In this document: piece by piece, positions 15,934 to 23,686 of the stretch
How the letters are laid out: each line of letters opens with the position of its first letter
Position numbering within the stretch: position 1 is the stretch's first letter
Assembly (NCBI GenBank): GCA_036166315.1
Contig: JAYZHS010000068.1
Location: 1-45,882, forward strand
Source: Fidelibacterota bacterium
GTDB taxonomy: Bacteria > Fidelibacterota > Marinisomatia > Marinisomatales > TCS55
Direction: 5' to 3'
Length of the DNA: 45,882 nt
The notes under the pieces: generated by a model
Told to the model about the DNA's origin: nothing
Databases searched by the model: none
What the model saw: only the letters and a program-made list of their open reading frames with translations
Translations under genes and position numbers: made by a program

Positions 15934-16094
15934 TACTTGCTCCCTCTTTTGAATTGAATCGTTCTAAAATAGAACCATAAAGCATAATGGCAAACTGTTC
16001 TATAAATCAAGGCTCAATTTATTATTTTTAAGTCGATTATTGTTAAACATTCAAAATGACATTATCTTCTGTTGGTAAATAGAAATAGATAACA

Positions 16095-17540
16095 TTGTAT
16101 AGAAAAAAAATCATCCCTATTTATTTGATACTTATATTTTTTGGCTTTCACTCAGTTTTTAGTCAGTATAATTATCAGACTGATTTTCCACCAGAGGAAT
16201 TTAAAAGCCGCTGGCAGGGTGTTTTTGAGAAAATTGGAGATAATGGCATAGCTATCATCCAAGGATTCCCTCAGCCCAATGGGTATATCATGCCGAGACA
16301 GACCAATGCATTCTATTACCTTTCTGGAATTGAAACTCCTCATTCTTACCTGGTTTTAGATGGCCGAAGCAAGCAAGCAACGCTTTACATGCCTCCCGCA
16401 AACAAAAAACTGGAAAAAAGCGAAGGCAAAGTTCTGAGCTCAAATGATGGCCCTTTAATCAAAAAGCTTGTTGGTGTAGATCAAGTCAAGTCAACCAATG
16501 ATATGAAAAATAATTTTCCACCTAATTTGAAAAGAAGTGATATCCTCTATACAATGTTTACCCCAGCAGAGGGCCAAGGTCAAAGTCGCTATGAACTTGA
16601 GGTTGCTAATGCATCTATCGCTAAAGATTATTGGGATGGGCGTTCAAGCAGAGAAAGTAGATTGGTGGAGCTATTGCGTAATCGCAACCCCAGGAATGAA
16701 GTTAGGGATTTAACTTCTGTAATTGATGGATTAAGAAGTGTAAAAAGCCCAAAAGAAGTTGCGCTAATTCGAAGAGCATCTCAATTAGCGGGCCTTGCAA
16801 TGATTGAAGCGATACGAAGCACTGAAGTAGGTGTTTGGGAATATCAACTTGACGGAGTAGCGAGATACATTTTTTTAATCAATGGGTCTAGAATGGAAGC
16901 CTATCGGTCGATAACAGCATCCGGGGTTAAAAATATTAGTAATGGCCACTATTATCGTAATAACAGCCAATTAAAAGATGGCGACTTGGTGTTGATGGAC
17001 TATGCCCCAGACTTTAGGTATTACGTTAGCGATATTGGAAGAATGTGGCCAGTGAATGGTACCTATCAGCCTTGGCAAAGAGAATTGCTTCAAATTATTT
17101 TGGAATATCGAAATGTAGTATTAGATATACTGAGACCAGGAATTACTACCGATCAAGTATTAGAAGAAGCGCGTGAAAAAATGCAACCAATCATGCGAAA
17201 GTACCAATTTTCAAAAAATATTTATCGAAAAGCAGCTGAAAAAATGATTCAAACGGGTGGCGGAGTTCTTTCGCATCCGGTTGGACTGGCAGTACATGAT
17301 GATGGCCCCTACCGCTATGGACCGCTAAAAGTTGGACATGTGTTTGCAGTAGATCCGCAAATGTGGGTTCCTGAAGAAAATTTATATTTACGCTATGAAG
17401 ACACAATTGTAATTACGGAAGATGGGAATGAAAACTTTACTGATTTTTTACCCTCAGAGCTCAATGAATTGGAAGACCTGGTTAAAGAAAAAGGAATTTT
17501 ACAGAGCGTGGGACCAGATTCAATGCGCTGGGATTATTAA
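16095..17540 (+). CDS. Secreted Xaa-Pro aminopeptidase (peptidase M24B with AMP_N domain)
   Basis: TTG start and signal peptide IYLILIFFGFHSVFSQ. AMP_N motif QTNAFYYLSGIETPHSYLVLDG. M24 metal ligands in LVLMDYAPDFRYYVSDIGRMWPVNG, SHPVGLAVHD and YEDTIVIT. Confidence 0.85.
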   Translation: MYRKKIIPIYLILIFFGFHSVFSQYNYQTDFPPEEFKSRWQGVFEKIGDNGIAIIQGFPQPNGYIMPRQTNAFYYLSGIETPHSYLVLDGRSKQATLYMPPANKKLEKSEGKVLSSNDGPLIKKLVGVDQVKSTNDMKNNFPPNLKRSDILYTMFTPAEGQGQSRYELEVANASIAKDYWDGRSSRESRLVELLRNRNPRNEVRDLTSVIDGLRSVKSPKEVALIRRASQLAGLAMIEAIRSTEVGVWEYQLDGVARYIFLINGSRMEAYRSITASGVKNISNGHYYRNNSQLKDGDLVLMDYAPDFRYYVSDIGRMWPVNGTYQPWQRELLQIILEYRNVVLDILRPGITTDQVLEEAREKMQPIMRKYQFSKNIYRKAAEKMIQTGGGVLSHPVGLAVHDDGPYRYGPLKVGHVFAVDPQMWVPEENLYLRYEDTIVITEDGNENFTDFLPSELNELEDLVKEKGILQSVGPDSMRWDY

Positions 17541-17541
17541 A

Positions 17542-18060
17542 ATGGATGAATTAATCAATGAATTAAAAGAACTTTCGATGAATAATTTTCCAAACGAGAA
17601 GGTTTATGATTTACTTGAAAATTCACATTTGGACCATAAAGATATAGAAGATTATATTCAATTTAGCGAAGAAAAATATACGCGCCACCTAATCTATAAA
17701 GATAACAATTTTGAGCTACTGTTAATGTGCTGGAAGTCTGGACAAAAAGCACCGATACATGGACATGAAGGTGAAAAGTGTTTTATGCGGGTAGAAAAAG
17801 GCGCCCTTCAGTTTACCAATTACAACTTAGTTTCTACCGATCCTCTTAAATTGACAAAAATAGAATCCTTGAAAGGTGAGGTTGGGTTTTTAGATGGACC
17901 TGCAGATGTGCATTCGGTCGAAAATATTTACAGTGAAGATTCTATCACGTTTCATATTTACGCAAAACCGTACAGCGCTTGTGACATTTACGATATAAAT
18001 ACGGGCAGTATTTATCGCAAGGAACTAACCTACGATTCCATGTTTAAGAAAGCTTGCTAA
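17542..18060 (+). CDS. Cysteine dioxygenase type I (cupin), 172 aa
   Basis: I chose Met41 of the listed ORF, an ATG 1 nt after the aminopeptidase stop. Collinear with mammalian CDO motifs: YTRHLI (YTRNLV), LLLMCW, PIHGHEGEKCF (IHDHTDSHCF), VHSVEN (LHRVEN), FHIY (LHLY). Confidence 0.75.
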   Translation: MDELINELKELSMNNFPNEKVYDLLENSHLDHKDIEDYIQFSEEKYTRHLIYKDNNFELLLMCWKSGQKAPIHGHEGEKCFMRVEKGALQFTNYNLVSTDPLKLTKIESLKGEVGFLDGPADVHSVENIYSEDSITFHIYAKPYSACDIYDINTGSIYRKELTYDSMFKKAC

Positions 18061-18266
18061 GTCATAAGTGATCTATTAAAAAGAATTAATGGGCAGGCAA
18101 TTCATTCAAGAAGGAGAGAGTGAATAAATAAACAGAAGTTTTATAGCCTACCCATTAAAGTGCATAAATAATACTAAAATATACTAAATAATATAATATT
18201 ATTAGTATAATATAGTAAAATAATGTACTATTCCACTATTAAATTAACAGAAATTATATAAAAAGC

Positions 18267-19529
18267 ATGAATCGCTCAGAAATCTTTATCTTTCTACTAG
18301 GCAAAAAACCTTGGACAGACTACGAATGGGAAAAACAAACAGGTATTACCCGTGCAACGTTTGGCAATAATCGAAAAAATAGCGGTAAAAATGTTAAGGC
18401 AAAAACATTAGAGGTGATGGCAGGGGTATGTGGCTATAAATTAATGCATTCTAATGCAAAAGACGGAATAGGTCCCAATGATAGCGAAGCACAATTCCAG
18501 CTAGATGAAAATCAAATTGAAAAAATAAGAATAGGCCTTTTTGGTTTTGGGCGTATTGGAAGAAATATTTTCCGCATAGGATACAATGACCCTCGCTTTG
18601 AATTTGTTGCGATCAGCGATCTTGGCAATGTAGAGGCTATGCATTATCTTTTAATGAGAGATTCCATTCATGGAGCTATGCAAGACGATATTATTCTTGA
18701 AGGTAAAGACCTTATATATAAAGACTCAAAGACAAGATTACTTCCAGGTGCCGCACCTGGCAGTATCCCATGGGATGCATTTGATGTTGATCTAGTAATT
18801 GACTCCACCGGTGCTTATAGAAAAAAAGACGAGTTGCAATTGCATATTGATTCAGGGGCTAAGCGTGTATTGGTTTCTAAACCACCAATCAATGAAATTG
18901 ATCGAGTAGTTATTCAAGGCGTCAATCATAATGATATTCAATATAGCGATAAAATTATTTCCACTACATCATCAACAACTCAAGTTCTCGCCTTAATGAT
19001 GAAAATACTAGATGGGTCTTTCGGTGTTGATCGGGCGATGATGACAACGGTACATGCTTACACGTCAGATCAGCCCCTTGCTGATGCTGTCAGATCTGAC
19101 TTAAGACGTAGCCGTTCGGCCGTAGAAAATATTATTCCCAATGAAACCTGGGCTCCAGAATATGTTTCTCAGTTAATGCCAAAGTTCAAAGATAAAATTT
19201 CTGGTATTGCGATGAATGTGCCTGTCGCCAATGGATCATGCATTGATTTAACCACGGAAATGAAGAAAATGCCAACGGTTGATGAGGTAAATAAATGCTT
19301 TGAAGACGCAAGTTTAAATAATTTTAAAGGACTGGTGCGATATACAGAGGATCCAATTGTCTCTAGCGATGCGATTGGCGGAGGAGAGACCATGTTATTT
19401 GATAGCCAAGCTACAATGATTGCATCAAACAAACTTTTAAAGACTATTGCTTGGTTTGACAATGGATGGGGATTTGCATCTAGAATTCTTGAACTAGCAG
19501 AGTCTTACTCCCAATTGGAGAGAAGTTAA
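18267..19529 (+). CDS. GAPDH-fold paralogue lacking catalytic residues, with an N-terminal ~85-aa XRE-like HTH extension (putative regulator)
   Basis: Residues ~86-420 align throughout with the downstream GAPDH. GFGRIGR and TVHAYT are kept. SCTTNC is replaced by SSTTQV (Ser236, TCA 18972..18974), TTGAA by ETWAP, and the RVP Arg by Asn317 (19215..19217). The N-terminal stretch WTDYEWEKQTGITRATFGNNRKNSGKNVKAKTLEVMAGVCGYKL has HTH spacing. Confidence 0.7.
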   Translation: MNRSEIFIFLLGKKPWTDYEWEKQTGITRATFGNNRKNSGKNVKAKTLEVMAGVCGYKLMHSNAKDGIGPNDSEAQFQLDENQIEKIRIGLFGFGRIGRNIFRIGYNDPRFEFVAISDLGNVEAMHYLLMRDSIHGAMQDDIILEGKDLIYKDSKTRLLPGAAPGSIPWDAFDVDLVIDSTGAYRKKDELQLHIDSGAKRVLVSKPPINEIDRVVIQGVNHNDIQYSDKIISTTSSTTQVLALMMKILDGSFGVDRAMMTTVHAYTSDQPLADAVRSDLRRSRSAVENIIPNETWAPEYVSQLMPKFKDKISGIAMNVPVANGSCIDLTTEMKKMPTVDEVNKCFEDASLNNFKGLVRYTEDPIVSSDAIGGGETMLFDSQATMIASNKLLKTIAWFDNGWGFASRILELAESYSQLERS

Positions 19530-19530
19530 G

Positions 19531-20532
19531 ATGCGAGTTGCAATCAATGGTTTTGGACGTATTGGACGTTCAGTTTTTAGAATTCTAAATTTTAGAGAAA
19601 ATTTTGACGTAGTTGCAATCAATGACATTGCAGATAATGAAGCTATGGCCTATTTGCTCAAGTATGACACGGTAATGGGGCCATTTAATGATTTAGTAGA
19701 AATCAAAGGGGATGTGCTTAATACTTCTCACAACGCTGTTAAAATGCTAGCTGAAAAAGATCCAAATCAATTACCATGGGGGGAAATGGGTGTTGACGTT
19801 GTCATTGAATCTACCGGAATATTTAGAACAAAAAATGAGCTAGAGCAGCATTTGCGCTCTGGTGCTAAAAAAGTAATATTAACTGTTCCCTCTAAAGATG
19901 AAATTGACTATACCTTGGTAATTGGTGTAAACGATGGCGGGTTAACCGATGAGCATAAAATCATTTCAAATGCGAGCTGCACAACTAATTGCCTTGCGCC
20001 GATCGCTAAAATCTTAAACGATAATTATGGAATTGAGTATGGGGTGATTAATACGATCCATGCATATACAAACGATCAACGCCTTGCAGATGTACCCCAT
20101 TCAGACTGGAGAAGAAGTCGCGCTGCTGCTGAAAATATTATTCCCACCACTACTGGGGCAGCGCGAGCAGTTGGCAAAGTACTTCCAGAGCTAGACGGGA
20201 AACTTGATGGAATCGCAATGCGCGTTCCGGTTCCTGACGGCTCTGTTGTAGATAGTGTATTTCGTTTAGAAAAACGTGTTACTACCGATGAGATAAATCA
20301 AATGGTTAAACATGCCGCAGATGAACCTAGCATGAGATCTGTAATGGAATATTCTACCCTACCTGTTGTTTCAACAGATATTATTGGTAATCCGCATTCC
20401 TCGATCTTTGATGCACCTTTCACCAAGGTTATTGATGGGACTTTAGTTAAAACCGTTAATTGGTATGATAATGAGTGGGGATACTCAAATCGTGTTGTAG
20501 ATTTAGTCAGTATTTTAAAAAAGTTTAATTAA
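19531..20532 (+). CDS. gap: Glyceraldehyde-3-phosphate dehydrogenase, type I
   Basis: INGFGRIGR, active site SNASCTTNCLAP, TIHAYTNDQ, IIPTTTGAARAVGKVLP, AMRVPVPDGS, WYDNEWGYS. Confidence 0.95.
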   Translation: MRVAINGFGRIGRSVFRILNFRENFDVVAINDIADNEAMAYLLKYDTVMGPFNDLVEIKGDVLNTSHNAVKMLAEKDPNQLPWGEMGVDVVIESTGIFRTKNELEQHLRSGAKKVILTVPSKDEIDYTLVIGVNDGGLTDEHKIISNASCTTNCLAPIAKILNDNYGIEYGVINTIHAYTNDQRLADVPHSDWRRSRAAAENIIPTTTGAARAVGKVLPELDGKLDGIAMRVPVPDGSVVDSVFRLEKRVTTDEINQMVKHAADEPSMRSVMEYSTLPVVSTDIIGNPHSSIFDAPFTKVIDGTLVKTVNWYDNEWGYSNRVVDLVSILKKFN

Positions 20533-20554
20533 TTTTTAGCTTAAAATATAAATT

Positions 20555-21748
20555 ATGAAAATTGCCTTTCTTACCGCTGGCGGTATTGCACCGTGTCTTT
20601 CTGCTTCTATGGGTGGATTAATTGAAGCCTATAATATTTTAGCGCCAGATGCTGAACTAATTGGTTATTTAAATGGGTACAAAGGACTTCTAACCAATCA
20701 AAGCATAGCTATACCTGAATCTGTAAAAGGAAAATCCAATACTCTATATAACTTTGGCGGAAGCCCCATAGGTAATAGTCGAGTTAAATTAACTAACGTT
20801 GAAAATTGTATTAAAAAAGGATACATAAAAGAAGGTGAAAATCCTCTTCAAGTTGCCGCCCAACAATTGGTAAATGATGAGGTTGATATCCTGCATACCA
20901 TTGGTGGCGATGATACCAATACGATGGCAGCTGAGCTTTCATTTTATTTAAAAGAAAATAATTATGAATTAACTGTTGTGGGGCTACCTAAAACTGTTGA
21001 TAATGATGTTTTTCCTATCGCCCAAACCTTGGGAGCGTATACCGCTGCAGAGCAGGGTGCTATTTTCTTTGAAAATATTTCCAATGAAAATACTACAAGT
21101 TCACGTCAATTAATCATTCACGAAATTATGGGAAGAAGTTGTGGGTGGCTCACTGCTTATACAGCCAAAGAGTATAGATCTAGATTAAGTCAAAGAGAAT
21201 TTCTACCCGAGATCCTTATCGATCAGCAGCGTTGGGATATTGATGCCGTCTATGTGCCTGAAATGCCTATTGATTTTAGCTTAGAGTGTGAACGCCTCAC
21301 AAAAAGAATGGATGAAAAAGATTCGGTCAATATTTTCTTAAGTGAAGGCGCTGGAACCGAGACGATCATTAATGAATTAGAGTCTGAAGGTAAGCATGTG
21401 GAGCGAGATGCTTTTGGCCATGTTGCGTTGGACTCTTTAAATCCAGGGCAATGGTTTGCTAAACGGTTTACTGAAAAACTTTCTGCAGATAAAACCTTGG
21501 TTCAAAAAAGTGGCTATTTTGCTAGGAGCGCTGCTCCAAATGCAAGAGATTTAGAGCTGATACAATCATCCTGTAAGCTTGCTGGAGAATATGCTTTAAA
21601 TAAACAAAGCGGCGTGGTTGGATTAGATGATGCGAATAATAACAAAATGAGTTTAATTGATTTTAAAAGAATCAAGGGCGGTAAGCCATTTGACATAAAC
21701 CAAGAATGGTACACATCTCTGCTTACTGAAATTGGTCAACATAAATAA
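20555..21748 (+). CDS. pfp: Pyrophosphate-dependent 6-phosphofructokinase
   Basis: PFK-fold motifs GGDDTNT (Asp where ATP-PFKs have the Gly of GGDGS) and PKTVDND (Lys where ATP-PFKs have the Gly of PGTIDND). This is the classical PPi-specificity pair. MGR motif present. Confidence 0.85.
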   Translation: MKIAFLTAGGIAPCLSASMGGLIEAYNILAPDAELIGYLNGYKGLLTNQSIAIPESVKGKSNTLYNFGGSPIGNSRVKLTNVENCIKKGYIKEGENPLQVAAQQLVNDEVDILHTIGGDDTNTMAAELSFYLKENNYELTVVGLPKTVDNDVFPIAQTLGAYTAAEQGAIFFENISNENTTSSRQLIIHEIMGRSCGWLTAYTAKEYRSRLSQREFLPEILIDQQRWDIDAVYVPEMPIDFSLECERLTKRMDEKDSVNIFLSEGAGTETIINELESEGKHVERDAFGHVALDSLNPGQWFAKRFTEKLSADKTLVQKSGYFARSAAPNARDLELIQSSCKLAGEYALNKQSGVVGLDDANNNKMSLIDFKRIKGGKPFDINQEWYTSLLTEIGQHK

Positions 21749-21763
21749 AATATAGGATTAAAA

Positions 21764-22789
21764 ATGAGTCTGAATTTAGATAATATGAATGATGTAGCAG
21801 AGGCAATGACCGCTTCTGGTAAAGGAATACTTGCAGCGGATGAAAGCACAGGAACGATCGGTAAGCGTTTAGATCAAATCAATACCGAGAGCACAGAGCA
21901 GACAAGAAACGCGTATCGAGACTTGCTTTTTACAGCTGATGGCCTTAATCAATATATAAGCGGTGTGATTATGTATGATGAAACGTTTCATCAATCTTCT
22001 TTAGATGGAGGTGTTGTTTATCCTGAATATTTAGCTTCAAAAGGAATTATTCCTGGAATAAAAGTTGATGCAGGCGCTCATAACCTTTCTGGTTCAGAAG
22101 ATGAAAAGATTACCCTTGGTCTTGATGGCCTTGATGAGAGATTAAGCAATTATAGAAAATTAGGTGCTCGATTTGCAAAATGGAGAGCAGTGATTAATAT
22201 TACAGAGCTAAACCCTAGCGATTATTGTATCAAAGCAAATGCGCATGCCTTGGCAAGATATGCAGCCCTATGTCAGTCAAATGATGTTGTGCCAATTGTA
22301 GAGCCTGAGATTTTAATGGATGGCGGTCATGATATTGAAGATAGCTTTGTTGTAACGGAAGAAGTCCTGCATACTGTTTTTGATGAGCTTTATACGCAAG
22401 GTGTTCAGTATGAGGAGATGGTTTTAAAGCCCAATATGGTCTTATCAGGGTACGACGCAAATGATAGAGCTGGGGTTGATGAGGTTGCATCCGCAACTGT
22501 TCAATGCTTTTTAAGAAGTGTGCCTGCTGCGGTTCCTGGAATTGCATTCTTATCAGGAGGCCAATCCGATGAAGACGCAACTGCGCATTTAAATGCCATG
22601 AATCAGATTTTGGGTGATAATAAACCTTGGCATCTTTCATTTTCTTATGGTCGTGCTCTTCAACAACCTGCCTTAAAAGCATGGCAAGGGTCAGGCGAAA
22701 ATATTTCAAACGCGCAAGCAGCGCTCATGAAAAGAGCCAAGCTTAATAGCCTGGCAACGCAAGGTAAATACTCAACCGATTTAGAATAA
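21764..22789 (+). CDS. fba: Fructose-bisphosphate aldolase, class I (eukaryote-type, Schiff base)
   Basis: GILAADESTGTIGKRL, VVPIVEPEIL, Schiff-base Lys context MVLKPNMV, FLSGGQS, SFSYGRALQ. Confidence 0.9.
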   Translation: MSLNLDNMNDVAEAMTASGKGILAADESTGTIGKRLDQINTESTEQTRNAYRDLLFTADGLNQYISGVIMYDETFHQSSLDGGVVYPEYLASKGIIPGIKVDAGAHNLSGSEDEKITLGLDGLDERLSNYRKLGARFAKWRAVINITELNPSDYCIKANAHALARYAALCQSNDVVPIVEPEILMDGGHDIEDSFVVTEEVLHTVFDELYTQGVQYEEMVLKPNMVLSGYDANDRAGVDEVASATVQCFLRSVPAAVPGIAFLSGGQSDEDATAHLNAMNQILGDNKPWHLSFSYGRALQQPALKAWQGSGENISNAQAALMKRAKLNSLATQGKYSTDLE

Positions 22790-22795
22790 GATAAA

Positions 22796-23683
22796 TTAAA
22801 GCTCGTTAGTTAGGCAATGAACAGATCCACCGCTTAGTCTGAATTGAGTGGTTGGAACTGTGATATGCATCACATCTAGCTCTTTAAGTAATTGATTTGC
22901 TTTTAAGGATCTAAACCTTGTTGGGCCAATTAAATAGCCTGGCAATGGACAGCAATTAACAGCAAACTCACCAAGCTGTTCTTTTGTGCCAATGGAATCT
23001 TCTGGATCAACCTCAACAAGTTCTACCGCCATTTTATTTGAAAAACTTCTCAAATTATTTATTGATTCTTTATCCATTAACGAGGTGCAGGCAATCATTG
23101 CCCCTAATTGATTATCTTTTTTGATGACTGGAGTAAATAATGTATCAAGATGGAAAACATTGGATTTCATAATTACTAATTCATTCACATCAAATTCCTG
23201 CGCAACCCATTCTGCGCCCTTTATATTATTTCTACAGGCTCCCGAAAAAAGGATTTTTGGTCCTGAGCAATAGTAGAATTCACCACCTTCAGCTTTAGCA
23301 TCTATGGCATCAGGAATTCGGATGGTTTGATACCCCATTGAATCAAGCATTATTTCCATCATGTCGCTTTCTACTTGTCGAGCTTCTTCGCTAAATTTTG
23401 AAATAATGACTTTCCCATTTTGGTCACTAATAAAAAGATCCCTGACAAAAACAAAATCATGCTTCCTTTTTTCTGTATTTTGCTGATCTAAGAAATTTGG
23501 AAAATCAACTTCTATTACTTCAACCGGGAGACGATTGAATAGCTGTGTTAACATATGCATTTCAACTTCAACCAGTTCTTGATTAGGAATCATGCCTTGT
23601 TTCATCGCAGGGTTATCTTTATAAATAGGAGTGCCATGACCCCACCATTTATGTTTAGGCAGGTGTGAAATAAGGATCTTCAT
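22796..23683 (-). CDS. Guanidino-group-modifying enzyme superfamily protein (amidinotransferase/DDAH/arginine-deiminase-like)
   Basis: The C-terminal catalytic-Cys motif SGGSVHCLTNEL, FHLDT and AEGGEF correspond to the EGGD / HLD / GG.HC signatures of the superfamily. The substrate cannot be inferred. Confidence 0.55.
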   Translation of the reverse strand: MKILISHLPKHKWWGHGTPIYKDNPAMKQGMIPNQELVEVEMHMLTQLFNRLPVEVIEVDFPNFLDQQNTEKRKHDFVFVRDLFISDQNGKVIISKFSEEARQVESDMMEIMLDSMGYQTIRIPDAIDAKAEGGEFYYCSGPKILFSGACRNNIKGAEWVAQEFDVNELVIMKSNVFHLDTLFTPVIKKDNQLGAMIACTSLMDKESINNLRSFSNKMAVELVEVDPEDSIGTKEQLGEFAVNCCPLPGYLIGPTRFRSLKANQLLKELDVMHITVPTTQFRLSGGSVHCLTNEL

Positions 23684-23686
23684 TCT

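Noticed and set aside
15961-16002. GTTCTA-AAA-TAGAAC palindrome (15961..15975) plus an extra GTTCTA half-site (15997..16002) between the divergent DoxX operon and the M24 gene.
   Set aside because: The arms are only 6 bp in AT-rich DNA and no cognate regulator lies nearby. This is too weak to call an operator without comparative data.
17422-17541. N-terminal extensions proposed by the ORF track: 17422 for the cdo-like gene, 9985..10137 for the TIM-barrel gene, 28292..28324 for the MMPL gene, 6098..6115 for the TPR lipoprotein and 45101..45124 for the propeller lipoprotein.
   Set aside because: In each case a downstream Met gives a canonical signal peptide, TAT motif or domain start and removes an overlap with the upstream gene. 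The extended parts have no features. Experimental start mapping would be needed for certainty.
18089-18127. 12-codon mini-ORF (MGRQFIQEGESE*) in the cdo/HTH-GAPDH intergenic region, considered as a leader peptide.
   Set aside because: There is no SD, no regulatory-codon run and no coupled terminator/antiterminator structure. This is indistinguishable from chance.
22230-22709. 159-aa minus-strand ORF inside the class I aldolase gene.
   Set aside because: The plus-strand frame encodes an unmistakable aldolase with its catalytic motifs. The antisense product is His/Gln/Leu-rich with no motif. It is a shadow ORF.
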